The translations under genes and the position numbers were made by a program. DNA of 39,612 nt. Source: Acidobacteriaceae bacterium. GTDB lineage: Bacteria > Acidobacteriota > Terriglobia > Terriglobales > Acidobacteriaceae. The notes under the pieces were generated by a model. The model was not told where the DNA came from and ran no database searches. It saw only the letters and a list, made by a program, of their open reading frames with translations. Position 1 is the first letter of the stretch. The number at the start of each line of letters is the position of its first letter. Below, piece by piece: positions 25,509 through 34,915 of this stretch. The DNA lies in assembly GCA_003154055.1 (NCBI GenBank), contig PMCH01000363.1:7032-46643 (forward strand), written 5' to 3'.

Positions 25509-26498
25509 TCACATGGAAGCTTGCACCTCGTTCGATCTTTTTCGCCGTAAGAACGATCCTGGCAAGCCGTAGCGATAGAAGGTTCCCACCGGATCCGGAA
25601 TCGTATTCAGGACCCGATCAATTTCAGCATCTTCCTTGCTCTCCACCAGGGACGCGAGGCAGGAAAGGATTTTTGCACCCTGGTCGCGGACGCGGCTGGT
25701 GGGACCGCAGCAACCCGTACACGGCATATTGCCCCGGATGCACGCGGCCTCGCAGCCAGAGCGCGTCGCTGGACCCATGCAAACCAACCCTTGGGCCAGC
25801 AGGCAAGTCTGCTCATCGATGATCAGATCCTGGGTCCGTTTAAATTCTGCGATGGATAACGTTTCTGGCTTCGTGTCCTTGCGTGGGCATTCGTCACACA
25901 ACGCACAATCGGGAGCAAACACCGTGCCCTTGGCTGGGAGATCGCCGCCCAGTAGAGTCTGCAGTGCGGTGCGGAGTATCCGTGGCGGCGGCGGACAGCC
26001 GGGGACGTAGTAATCAACGTCCACGATCTGGTCGAGCGTCCTCACAGTGTTATGAAATCCAGGCAGCACCACGGTGTGCCCGTCATCGTGGTGAGACGTC
26101 ACCGGAAGAACACTCTCGGGATTCACCGTGCTGGGTGATTCGAGATAAACCGTCCGCAAGATGCTTTCCCGGTCGAACAGATTGGCCAGACCGGGAATTC
26201 CGCCCAAGTGCGAACACGATCCGAACGCCACCAGCAATTCGGACTTGCTTCTCAACAGCCGTGCCATCTCCTCTTGTTCTGTCGTCCGAACGGCGCCGTT
26301 CAAGAAGGTTGCCGTGATCGAGCCATCCGGCATCGCCTCGACATCCTTTCGTTTGAAGTCGAGAGCTACGGGCCAGAAGACAATCTCCACGGCAGCAATG
26401 ACGTCCAGAAGGCCTTCGGCTAGATCGACGACGGTCTCGTCGCAGCCGCCGCAAGACGAGCACCAGTAGAAGGCGATTCTTGGCTTCGTCGCTAGCAC
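25509..26498 (-). CDS. mvhG: [NiFe] hydrogenase small subunit, no Tat signal (MvhG-like)
   Basis: AFYWCSSCGGCDE proximal-cluster motif right at the N-terminus, with no twin-arginine leader. GSCSHLGGIP. C-terminal Cys clusters (CALCDEC, CMGPATRSGCEAACIRGNMPCTGCCGP). GTG start at 26498 preceded by GAGGAGG. Confidence 0.85.
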   Translation of the reverse strand: MLATKPRIAFYWCSSCGGCDETVVDLAEGLLDVIAAVEIVFWPVALDFKRKDVEAMPDGSITATFLNGAVRTTEQEEMARLLRSKSELLVAFGSCSHLGGIPGLANLFDRESILRTVYLESPSTVNPESVLPVTSHHDDGHTVVLPGFHNTVRTLDQIVDVDYYVPGCPPPPRILRTALQTLLGGDLPAKGTVFAPDCALCDECPRKDTKPETLSIAEFKRTQDLIIDEQTCLLAQGLVCMGPATRSGCEAACIRGNMPCTGCCGPTSRVRDQGAKILSCLASLVESKEDAEIDRVLNTIPDPVGTFYRYGLPGSFLRRKRSNEVQASM

Positions 26499-26974
26499 AC
26501 AGCCACCTCCTCGCGGATGTCCTCCGTCTCCGCGTCCAGCTGAAGGGGACCAAGCGCGCGGACTTTCTCGACCATGTCGTTGATGACGCTCCGCACCCGG
26601 TCACCCTCGGCCGCGGAAATCCATTCCAGGCGGAAACGCTCTTCCTCGATTCCCATCTGCCGCAGTACGCACTTGAGCAGGTGATAGCGCCGAAGAGTCT
26701 TGTAATTGCCTTCCTGGTAGTGGCAGTCGCCGGGATGGCAGCCGCCAATCAGCACGCCATCTGCTCCTTGCGCAAAGGCATCCAGCACAAACTGCGGATC
26801 CACCCGACCGGAGCACATCAGGCGGATCACACGCACATTGGGGGCGTACTTCATGCGCGAAGTACCGGCCAGGTCCGCGGCAAGATACGTACACCAGTTG
26901 CAGAAGAACGCCACGATTCGAGGCTCAAATGCTGCTTGCAACAACGGGGCGCGACTGAGTTGGCGATTACGCAT
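26492..26974 (-). CDS. mvhD: MvhD-like hydrogenase delta subunit ([2Fe-2S] linker to HdrA)
   Basis: IVAFFCNWCTYLAADLAG...VIRLMCSGRVDPQFVLDAFAQGADGVLIGGCHPGDCHYQEGN is the MvhD/FlpD signature. The ATG at 26974 overlaps the hdrA stop by 8 nt; the tracked ORF start at 27226 lies inside hdrA. Confidence 0.85.
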   Translation of the reverse strand: MRNRQLSRAPLLQAAFEPRIVAFFCNWCTYLAADLAGTSRMKYAPNVRVIRLMCSGRVDPQFVLDAFAQGADGVLIGGCHPGDCHYQEGNYKTLRRYHLLKCVLRQMGIEEERFRLEWISAAEGDRVRSVINDMVEKVRALGPLQLDAETEDIREEVAVC

Positions 26975-28985
26975 AGGCCAGGACTCCTTCGATCTCCTCG
27001 AAAATCTCCTCATCCTCAAAGAAATTCTGCTGGATTGAGCCCGACGGGCACCCGGCCACGCAGGTTCCGCAGCCCTTGCACAGCACCTCGTTGATCGTGG
27101 CTTTCTTCTTCTCCTCCGCAAACGAGATCGCCTGGTAGGGACAGAGCGGAATGCAGCTCCTGCAACCGGAGCACGCATCTTCGGAGATGAACGCCGTGTA
27201 GGGTTCCAGTTCCACGAACTGCGCATCGATCAGCGCCATCGCCTCCGCTGCCGCCGCCCCCGCCTGAGCCACTGTGTCGGGAATGTCCTTGGGGCCCTGA
27301 CACGCTCCGGAGATGAACACCCCCTCGGTAAACGTACTGACCGGCGCGAGTTTCGGATGCCGCTCCAGGAACCACCCCTCACTCGAGCAACTGATGTTGA
27401 ACATCCGGCGAACTGCCTGCGCATCGGGCTGCGGCTCCATTCCAACCGAAAGCACGACCATGTCCACCGGAATACGGCGTACGAACGCCGCCAAGGTGTC
27501 TTCCGCGCGGATCACCAGCCTGCCTTTCTCAGAGGGATGGGCCGCCCAGTCCGTGACTTCCGCCACGCGCCCGCGCACGAAATGCACGCCTTCATCGAGC
27601 AGCCGGTCGTAGAACTCTTCGTACCCTTTCCCCGGCGTCCGCATATCAATGTAGAAGTTGTAGACTTCGGCGCCGGTCCGCTCCTTAACAAGGTGCGCCA
27701 GTTTGAGCGAGTACATACAGCACACCTTCGAGCACCAGCGGTTCGTGTTAGCGTCGCGGGACCCGACGCAGTGGATAATTCCGACCGCTTTGGGCCGCTT
27801 GCCGTCGCGCAGGACTAGCTCTCCGGCGGTCGGCCCAGCGGCATTGATCAGGCGCTCCACTTCCAGCGATGTGTACACGTTCGGATAGCGCCCGTAACCG
27901 TAATAAGGATTGCGGACGGGATCGAAAGTCTTGAACCCGGTAGCCAGGATGATGGTTCCAACCTCGATGTCCTCCAGCGTCTCCTTTTGGGTGAAGTCAA
28001 TGGCCTGGCGGTCCCCACATGCTTCCACGCAAGTTTTCTTACACTTCTTTGACTTGAATTCGATGCAGGTTTCGGGATCAATCACGACTTTCTGCGGCAC
28101 GGCCTGAGGGAACGGCAAGTAAACCGGCTTCCTCTTGCTCAAGCCCAGGTTGAATTCGTCGGGAGTCTTGCCTTCCTTGTAGACGCAAGCGGTGACGCAC
28201 TCCTGGCATCCGAGGCAGAGGTCTTCATGTATGTAGCGCGGTTTGCGCTTCACTTTGACCCGGTAGTTGCCCACATAGCCAGCGACTTTGACCACTTCGG
28301 AGTAGGTCCAAAGAGTGATGCCGGGATGTGATCCCACGGCGGTCATCTTCGGTGTAAGAATGCAGGCCGCGCAATCTAGCGTGGGAAAGGTCTTGTCGAA
28401 CATGGCCATGTGTCCGCCGATGGTGGGTTCGCGTTCGACAAGGTAGACGCGCTTGCCGGCCTCTGCGAGCGTCAGTGCAGCGTGAATTCCGGCGATTCCA
28501 CCACCCACGACTAACACGTTGGTATTGATAGGAACACGCCTCTTCTGCAATGGTTTGTGCAGGGAAACACGCCGCACTGCCGCCCGAACCAGGTCATTCG
28601 CCTTAGCCGTTGCTGCTTGCTTGTCCAGATGAACCCACGAAACATGTTCGCGAATGTTCACCATCTGGAGCAAAAACGGATTCAAACCGGCGCGGTCTAT
28701 GGTCCGGCGAAACGTGGGTTCGTGCAGTAGGGGTGAGCAGGAAGCAACGACGATGCGATTCAGACTGTGCTCCCGCACATCTTGCTGGATGAGTGCCTGC
28801 CCCGGGTCGGAGCACATGTACTTGTAATCCCGCGAGACAACTACGCCCGGCAACTCGGCCGCATATTCCGAGACCGCTCTAACATCCACCGTCCCGGCGA
28901 TGTTCGTTCCGCAATGACAGACGTATACTCCAACGCGCGCGCCGCCGGCGTTCGATCCGTTTGTCGGAGTGCGGGTCTCAGGCAT
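26967..28985 (-). CDS. hdrA: Heterodisulfide reductase subunit A-like flavoprotein (HdrA)
   Basis: N-terminal VYVCHCGTNIAG cluster motif. FAD fold VLVVGGGIAGIHAALTLAEAGKRVYLVE. Inserted and C-terminal ferredoxin motifs (CLGCQECVTAC, CSGCRSCIPLCP, CKGCGTCVAGCP). The ATG at 28985 is preceded by GAAGGAGA and lies 4 nt after the hdrB stop (tracked start 29006). Confidence 0.9.
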   Translation of the reverse strand: MPETRTPTNGSNAGGARVGVYVCHCGTNIAGTVDVRAVSEYAAELPGVVVSRDYKYMCSDPGQALIQQDVREHSLNRIVVASCSPLLHEPTFRRTIDRAGLNPFLLQMVNIREHVSWVHLDKQAATAKANDLVRAAVRRVSLHKPLQKRRVPINTNVLVVGGGIAGIHAALTLAEAGKRVYLVEREPTIGGHMAMFDKTFPTLDCAACILTPKMTAVGSHPGITLWTYSEVVKVAGYVGNYRVKVKRKPRYIHEDLCLGCQECVTACVYKEGKTPDEFNLGLSKRKPVYLPFPQAVPQKVVIDPETCIEFKSKKCKKTCVEACGDRQAIDFTQKETLEDIEVGTIILATGFKTFDPVRNPYYGYGRYPNVYTSLEVERLINAAGPTAGELVLRDGKRPKAVGIIHCVGSRDANTNRWCSKVCCMYSLKLAHLVKERTGAEVYNFYIDMRTPGKGYEEFYDRLLDEGVHFVRGRVAEVTDWAAHPSEKGRLVIRAEDTLAAFVRRIPVDMVVLSVGMEPQPDAQAVRRMFNISCSSEGWFLERHPKLAPVSTFTEGVFISGACQGPKDIPDTVAQAGAAAAEAMALIDAQFVELEPYTAFISEDACSGCRSCIPLCPYQAISFAEEKKKATINEVLCKGCGTCVAGCPSGSIQQNFFEDEEIFEEIEGVLAYA

Positions 28986-29853
28986 ACGCGATCTCCTTCG
29001 CTTCAAGCACCGGTTCGACTGGGACCAGACTCCGCTGTAGCCCGATCGTCGCCGCGGATGCGCCCAGCGCTAGCGCCATCAGTTGCGTGAAGTAGAGGAC
29101 CGGAATCGACAAGGGATGGCGAATGCTCCCAGCCTCCTTCTGAAAGCACTCCAGGTTGAACTGGCAAAGTGGACAAACGGTCGCGATGACATCCGCGCCG
29201 TTCATTTGCGCCTCCGCGATCAAGTAGCGGATGAGATGCAGCCCGATCTCGGGCAGCGTGCCCTTCTGGCTTCCCCCACAACAGCGGGTCTTAAGAGGGT
29301 AGGGGGCAACGGTCGCTCCGCAGGCCGCCAGGAGCTGGTCCATGGAGGTTGGGTTACGCTGGTCGTCGAACGTGGCGTAGGGCCTGACAATCTGACAACC
29401 ATAGTAGGGTGCGACCTTCAACCCCTTGAGAGGTCTCACTACCTTGGCAGCAATGGCTTCTAGCCCGATGTCGTTCAGGAAGACATCCAGCGGGTGGCGC
29501 ACCCGGACGCGATCGTGGTACTCAAGGCCGATCGCGCCCAGCGCTCGACTGACCACGGTTTTGATATCGGGATAGTCTCGGATGTAGCGCTGGGTCTTGT
29601 TGAGAACCAGGTAACAGGCAGCACAGGGAGCGATGATATCCATGCGCTCGCGTTCCGCCAGAGCCAGGTTCCGCGCTGCCAGTGCATAGGACGTCAGCTC
29701 ATCGACAGACAGATAGGTAGTGGCGCCACAGCAGTTCCAGTCGTCTAGTTCCTGAACCTCGATCGCCAAGGACCGGAACACCGCGAGCAATGACTCTTCG
29801 TAGGCCCGTCCCGTTCCCCGAAGCGAGCAACCGGGATAGTAGGCGTATTTCAT
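28978..29853 (-). CDS. hdrB: Heterodisulfide reductase subunit B-like (two CCG domains)
   Basis: MKYAYYPGCSL..., WNCCGAT and TRCCGGS CCG motifs, and CPLCQFNLE. The ATG at 29853 is preceded by GGAAGGAG and forms an ATGA overlap with the hdrC stop. Confidence 0.85.
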   Translation of the reverse strand: MKYAYYPGCSLRGTGRAYEESLLAVFRSLAIEVQELDDWNCCGATTYLSVDELTSYALAARNLALAERERMDIIAPCAACYLVLNKTQRYIRDYPDIKTVVSRALGAIGLEYHDRVRVRHPLDVFLNDIGLEAIAAKVVRPLKGLKVAPYYGCQIVRPYATFDDQRNPTSMDQLLAACGATVAPYPLKTRCCGGSQKGTLPEIGLHLIRYLIAEAQMNGADVIATVCPLCQFNLECFQKEAGSIRHPLSIPVLYFTQLMALALGASAATIGLQRSLVPVEPVLEAKEIAYA

Positions 29854-30440
29854 AACGCCAACTCCTTCCTGGTCTCCGCAACCGAATCCAGCAACGCTAC
29901 GATCTCGTCCTGGCGCTGAATCTTCTCTTTCTTCGCGGGCATCCTTCCGGCTAGGAACAGCTTCCAGCCCAAACCGCTCATGCTGAGTAGTCGCCAGATG
30001 GCGGTACGCAGGAACACCCGTACGATCAGCCAGCTTTCCGTAATTCGTCCCGAGCCCCGGACCATGCGACAAAACTGCTGCGCCATGACTGGGATGGGAA
30101 AACGTTTGGGATAGAAGCGCTCCTCGATCGCTCGCTCTTTCAACGCATACATCAGGTGGGTGATATTGATCTTTTTCGGGCACTCGACCATGCACGCGTA
30201 GCAGGCGGTGCACAGCCAGATCGAAGAGCTACTGAGGACTTCCTCTTTGAAGCCCTCGCGCGAAAGATGCATCAATCGGCGGGGAGTGTAGTCCATGTAC
30301 AAAGAGAGTGGGCAACTGGCGCTGCACAACCCGCATTGCAGGCAATGACGGATCCTCTCGCCGCCGACCGTATGGCTGATCCAACGGGCGAATTCAGGGT
30401 CACGGTCAGCCTCGAACTTCACAGTGCGTTTCAGTTCCAT
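29850..30440 (-). CDS. hdrC: Heterodisulfide reductase subunit C-like (2x[4Fe-4S])
   Basis: CLQCGLCSASCP and CTACYACMVECP motifs. ATG at 30440 preceded by GAGGTG. C-terminal amphipathic/hydrophobic extension. Confidence 0.8.
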   Translation of the reverse strand: MELKRTVKFEADRDPEFARWISHTVGGERIRHCLQCGLCSASCPLSLYMDYTPRRLMHLSREGFKEEVLSSSSIWLCTACYACMVECPKKINITHLMYALKERAIEERFYPKRFPIPVMAQQFCRMVRGSGRITESWLIVRVFLRTAIWRLLSMSGLGWKLFLAGRMPAKKEKIQRQDEIVALLDSVAETRKELAL

Positions 30441-30527
30441 TGCGCACCTCGGTGCGGAGGCGGACTGTTTTCGGGGCGCCACCGCACTCAGCTCTCTGCT
30501 GCCCGGCCGCGTCCTGCTGTGTTCCTT

Positions 30528-30974
30528 TCAGGCGACCGCGGGAGTGGTCAACGAAACCATCTTGGCCCTGCAAACGAGATCTAGTTTCAAGGCGGCTGCA
30601 ATTGGGCACTCACGGCGCGCAGATTCCACGGCCTCCTGAAATCGACTGGACTGAGATTCCGTCGTGCGGACGGTGATTTCCAAGTGAGAGTTCGTGATCC
30701 GCCACTTCTCGTTGGCGTTGTCCAACGTCAGGACGGCATAGGTATCCACAACCGCCGGTTTTATGCCGACCTTGGCCATTTCGATGGCTACGGTTGTCGC
30801 CATACAGGAAGCAATTGCGGCGGCAAGCATTTCACAAGGAGAAGTGAGCCGCTCAAATCCGGCCAGTGATCCAAAGGCATAAGTCGCATTGTTTAGAACG
30901 CCACTGGGCGTAGAAACCGCCCCCTCTCCGGCATAAGGTCCACCCCTCCAGATTGCATGTGCTTCACGAAACAT
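30528..30974 (-). CDS. OsmC/Ohr-family peroxiredoxin-like protein
   Basis: SPCEMLAAAIASCMATTVAIEM...ECPIAAAL pattern with the two conserved Cys regions. ATG at 30974. 87 nt upstream of hdrC on the same strand. Confidence 0.7.
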   Translation of the reverse strand: MFREAHAIWRGGPYAGEGAVSTPSGVLNNATYAFGSLAGFERLTSPCEMLAAAIASCMATTVAIEMAKVGIKPAVVDTYAVLTLDNANEKWRITNSHLEITVRTTESQSSRFQEAVESARRECPIAAALKLDLVCRAKMVSLTTPAVA

Positions 30975-31283
30975 TGCGGACCTCCCAGACCTGCAGGTGA
31001 AGTCGTGCCGTTGTCTCACTTAAGCCCCGTGTTGCGAGTCGGGCACATTCAGCTCTGGTCGGCTTTGGCACCCGAAACAGCACCCACTCACAGGCTGTGC
31101 ACAACCGCTGCAAGTATCCCGTTTGCCCCGGAACCTGTCGCTTATCTATGGGTTACCTCTGGATTACCAAAGGATTCCGTGGCTCGGGCTGAACCGCCCG
31201 TAAAATGTGATACTTGGCGGTACCACGAATTTCGTCACTTCGATTCTCCAACGGTGGTAGAGTTCGGCTGTGCGGGGGCGTCC

Positions 31284-33035
31284 ATGGCAGAGACGCCAAA
31301 GTCGAACCGTCTTCGTTTCGGGGAGTTTGTAGCGAACCTGGCTAGCGGCGAACTCTTCAAACATGGTGTGAAGGCACCGCTGCAAGACAAGCCATTCCAG
31401 ATACTCGCTCTCCTACTATCGCGACCGAAGCAGCTGGTCTCGCGGCAAGAGATCATCCGGACAATCTGGCCAGACACTTTTGTCGAAGGAGACTTGTGTC
31501 TGAATGTGGCGATTCGGAGGCTGCGCGCCGCCTTGCACGACGACGCAGCCAACTCCCGCTTCATCGAAACTGTGGGAAGCCACGGATATCGCTTTGTCGG
31601 AACTGTGCACGGCATGCCCGCCCTAGCGACCCTGCCCTACGACCGGGATCGTCCGCGCCTTGCGGTATTTCCCTTGAAGACCTTTTCCGGATCGGAATCT
31701 GGTTCCTTCGGTCCTTGCATGACGGAGCAGTTGATCATTCAACTCCGACGAATGAATCCGGCGTTCGTCGTCATCACGCCTGAGTTCACCACCGAACGCG
31801 CTCACAAAGGAAGGAGCACGCTGTCACTGTGCCGTGATGTCTCAGCTGACTACGTGCTGGTAGGCGCGGTATCTGAAGCTGCCGGAGAGGTACGCGTTAC
31901 GGTCAGGCTCTTGGATTGCCACGCGCAAGCATGCGTCTGGGCGGAAAGCTATGTCGAGCAAGGCAACCATCTCTTTGCGAAACAGGAGGAAATCGGCCAC
32001 AAGATCGCCGGTTCGGTCATTCAATCGATCCCCATTGCGTTGCGTCCGTCGCACTTCGAGTCTGTGCCTCCGAATGCGCACGACAACTACCTGCACGGTT
32101 TCTATTACCTATCCAAGCTTACCGAGGCGGCGGTCGATCGGAGTATCCTCCTGTTCGAAGATGCGGTACGCGAATGCCCGCAGTTTGCGATGGCGTGGGC
32201 TGCGCTTGCTAATTCTCATTGTGCGCGGGCGAGGCTGGGAATTGTTCCTTCCCGCAAAGCATTCCCTGAGGTAAAACGCTGTGCCGAAAGGGCGCTGGCA
32301 ATCGAAGATCTGGCGGAGACCAGGACTGCCCTCGCTTACTATCACTTTCTCTATGAGCACGATTGGAATGCGGCCGAGGCCGGGTTCGTGCGCGCATTGG
32401 CGATCGATTCTGGTTGTCCGCTGGCGCTCGGCGGATATGCTCAGCTGCTGGCAGCAATCGGCAGGCATCAGGACGCGGTCGCAATGACGCATCGGGCCTG
32501 TGATCTGGATCCTTTTTCGGGCTATGCAGGGATCATGCTGGGGTGGGCCTTGTATTACGCTCAAGATTATGCAGGCGCGCGCTCCCAACTCAGGCATGCT
32601 ATGGAGCTTGATGCATCGTTATGGGTTGGTCACACCATCACAGGCATGGTCCTTGAGCGCATAGGGGAGTTGGATAAGGCGGTAGCTGAATTTCGGCTGG
32701 CGGCGGAACATTCGGATAACAGTTCTCTAGCCAAGGCACATTTGGCGTACGGCCTGGCACGGCACGGCGACAGGGCAGGCGCAACTGAAATCCTGAATTC
32801 GCTGTTGAAGCTCCGACAGAAGCGTTACTTCAGCCCATATTGGGTAGCAGTGATTCACGCGGCTCTAGATTCGGAGGCCCTGAAGTGGCTGGAGATCGCT
32901 CGCGAGGAACGCTGCAGCTGGTTTGTGTTTGCACGCGAAGACCCCAAATTCGCCGTTCTGCATTCCGATCCACGATTCCGGCAACTGGCGGAGGCGGCAA
33001 AATTCTCGGGTTCGGCTCAGCAGCTTCTGCACTAG
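31284..33035 (+). CDS. CadC-like winged-helix transcriptional regulator with central TolB-N-like and C-terminal TPR regions
   Basis: RLRFGEFVANLASGELFKHGVKAPLQDKPFQILALLLSRPKQLVSRQEIIRTIWPDTFV...NVAIRRLRAAL...IETVGSHGYRFVG (Trans_reg_C), then RLAVFPLKTF... and TPR-like repeats. ATG at 31284; the tracked ORF starts 327 nt further upstream. Divergent from the osmC/hdr genes. Confidence 0.75.
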   Translation: MAETPKSNRLRFGEFVANLASGELFKHGVKAPLQDKPFQILALLLSRPKQLVSRQEIIRTIWPDTFVEGDLCLNVAIRRLRAALHDDAANSRFIETVGSHGYRFVGTVHGMPALATLPYDRDRPRLAVFPLKTFSGSESGSFGPCMTEQLIIQLRRMNPAFVVITPEFTTERAHKGRSTLSLCRDVSADYVLVGAVSEAAGEVRVTVRLLDCHAQACVWAESYVEQGNHLFAKQEEIGHKIAGSVIQSIPIALRPSHFESVPPNAHDNYLHGFYYLSKLTEAAVDRSILLFEDAVRECPQFAMAWAALANSHCARARLGIVPSRKAFPEVKRCAERALAIEDLAETRTALAYYHFLYEHDWNAAEAGFVRALAIDSGCPLALGGYAQLLAAIGRHQDAVAMTHRACDLDPFSGYAGIMLGWALYYAQDYAGARSQLRHAMELDASLWVGHTITGMVLERIGELDKAVAEFRLAAEHSDNSSLAKAHLAYGLARHGDRAGATEILNSLLKLRQKRYFSPYWVAVIHAALDSEALKWLEIAREERCSWFVFAREDPKFAVLHSDPRFRQLAEAAKFSGSAQQLLH

Positions 33036-33067
33036 TCGTTGGCACGATGTCACGAATCGATTGACTT

Positions 33068-34360
33068 TTAGACGCAATACCAGTCTTCCCGCGTCAGCGG
33101 CAAACCGCTCCTCCCGTTCGATAGCTTGGCGAGCAGCGTCTGGTACACATTCAGACGACCACTCCGCAATCGGTGCACGGCGCCAGCCATGTAGAGACGC
33201 CATATCCGGTAGGTTGTATCATCCGTGATCCTTCGCGCCTCTTCTGAATGTGCCTCCAGTCGCTGCACCCACTGGTGAAGTGTCAAGGCATAGTGCTCGC
33301 GTAGGCTTTCCACATCTCTGACCTCAAAGCCACTCAGTTCCGCGGCCCGAATGGTAGCGTTGATCGGCACCAACTCGCTATCGGGAAAGACGTAGCGGTC
33401 GCTAAAGGACTGGTCCCGACGGTGGTAAGTGGCGGAATAGGAAATGCCGTGATTCAGGAATACCCCGCCCGACCGCAATAGTTCGTACGCTCGATTGAAG
33501 TATTCCGGCAGGGATGCTTCGCCCACGTGTTCAAACATCCCCACGCTGACAATCTTGTCATACAACTGACCATGCTCAATGTCACGGTAATCTGAAACCT
33601 CCACGCGGCAGCGGTCAGTCAGGCCTGCTTCGTGCAGGCGTTGCCGGGCTAATTCCGCCTGCGGCACACTCAGAGTGATTCCTACCGCTTCCACGCCATA
33701 GTGAGCGGCGGCGTGCATGATTAATCCGCCCCAGCCGCAACCAATGTCCAAGAGACGTTCGCCACGGCGGAGCCGCAGTTTTCTGCAGATGTAATCCAGC
33801 TTGCGCTCCTGGGCCGAATCCAGATCTTCTTCCGGCGTGGAAAAGTACGCGCAGGAGTACACCATCCGCCGATCTAGCCAGAGCGCGTAGAACTCGGCCG
33901 GAAGGTCGTAGTGATAAGTGACGGCTTGCCGATCACGATCTCGAGAATGAACGGAGCCGCTGAAATTAGCTGGTCGCCGGTTCTTATGAGCACCGCTGTT
34001 CTCCGGCAACTTCTGCAATCGTTCAGCAAGATCAAGACTCTTCCCCAGGCTGCCTTCCTGCTCAAGCAGATAATCTGCGAACTCGAAGGCTGCTTCAATG
34101 TCACCCTCGATGTCGAAGTCGTTGTAGATGTAAGCTTCTCCCAGTGTGAGTTCACTGGGCCGAGAACACATCGTACGCAGAGCTCCCGGATGCTTGAGGA
34201 CCAACGTGAAATGCGGTCGCTGTACCGCTCCCCAAGTTGTGCCATCACACAACCGAACCTGAAAATCTCGCTTGGGATAGTCTGCCAGTAGAGCGTCCAG
34301 GAACTCGGCGTCGGCCAGGGAAGATGTCTTTCCGAACAGAGACTTCGCCAATGCTGCCAT
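33068..34360 (-). CDS. Cyclopropane-fatty-acyl-phospholipid synthase family SAM-dependent methyltransferase
   Basis: MVYSCAYF...LDSAQERKLDYICRKLRL..GERLLDIGCGWGG...FDKIVSVGMFEHVG-like (YDKIVSVGMFEHVG) motifs. ATG at 34360 preceded by GGAGGT. Confidence 0.85.
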   Translation of the reverse strand: MAALAKSLFGKTSSLADAEFLDALLADYPKRDFQVRLCDGTTWGAVQRPHFTLVLKHPGALRTMCSRPSELTLGEAYIYNDFDIEGDIEAAFEFADYLLEQEGSLGKSLDLAERLQKLPENSGAHKNRRPANFSGSVHSRDRDRQAVTYHYDLPAEFYALWLDRRMVYSCAYFSTPEEDLDSAQERKLDYICRKLRLRRGERLLDIGCGWGGLIMHAAAHYGVEAVGITLSVPQAELARQRLHEAGLTDRCRVEVSDYRDIEHGQLYDKIVSVGMFEHVGEASLPEYFNRAYELLRSGGVFLNHGISYSATYHRRDQSFSDRYVFPDSELVPINATIRAAELSGFEVRDVESLREHYALTLHQWVQRLEAHSEEARRITDDTTYRIWRLYMAGAVHRLRSGRLNVYQTLLAKLSNGRSGLPLTREDWYCV

Positions 34361-34470
34361 GCGCACCTCCAGGCACTTATGCGGTTCGCGCCTTCGCCGA
34401 CAATCCAGCGTACCTTGCTTCCAGCAATCCAAAACGTACGCGGACCGTTCGGGCACGTCCATTTTCCAAT

Positions 34471-34635
34471 CTATTGCAGCGTGCTGGCCACGCTCGAGAA
34501 TGCATTGTTGGCGTTTCCGCCGATCAGCCTTACGGTGCCAACCACGAGCACCAGGATCACTGCCAGCATTACTGCGTATTCAGCGATGTCTTGCCCTTCT
34601 TCCGCGGTCCAGAACCAGCGTTCAGAATTAGTCAT
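34471..34635 (-). CDS. flp: Flp/Fap-family type IVb pilin (orphan)
   Basis: EEGQDIAEYAVMLAVILVLVVGTV matches the Flp G/xxxEY processing and hydrophobic motif. 54 aa from the ATG at 34635 (60 aa from the tracked start). Confidence 0.7.
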   Translation of the reverse strand: MTNSERWFWTAEEGQDIAEYAVMLAVILVLVVGTVRLIGGNANNAFSSVASTLQ

Positions 34636-34915
34636 ACGTTCTCCCAGCGACAAGTTGGTTGCGCCCCTAAGTTACTGTCGTAGAGTCCGTCGCCACTGAA
34701 GTACTCCGGCACTGAGGACTCGTTTCGTATTGGTCCACGCTCTTCCGCAGAGTTGCAGATCAACTGTCGAGAAGAGCGTTCGAAAAGGACCCACCGCGCG
34801 AAAGCATTTAGGATGACCTCCACTCATCGAGGTACTTTGAACCTCTCACTCAAGCCGCGGTTCCGATCTTCTTGGCAGCTTTGGGAAGCTCAAATTTCAA
34901 TACTCCTGCCTGCAA

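Noticed and set aside
24575-25822. 415-aa plus-strand ORF overlapping the hydrogenase large and small subunit genes
   Set aside because: The opposite strand encodes proteins with the exact Ni-binding and FeS motifs. The plus-strand translation has no family features.
31066-31081. Sigma-54-like -24/-12 element (TGGCAC-N5-ACAGC) upstream of the CadC-like regulator
   Set aside because: The -24 half is perfect, but the -12 half lacks the TTGC/GC core at the right spacing, and no enhancer-binding protein gene is nearby.
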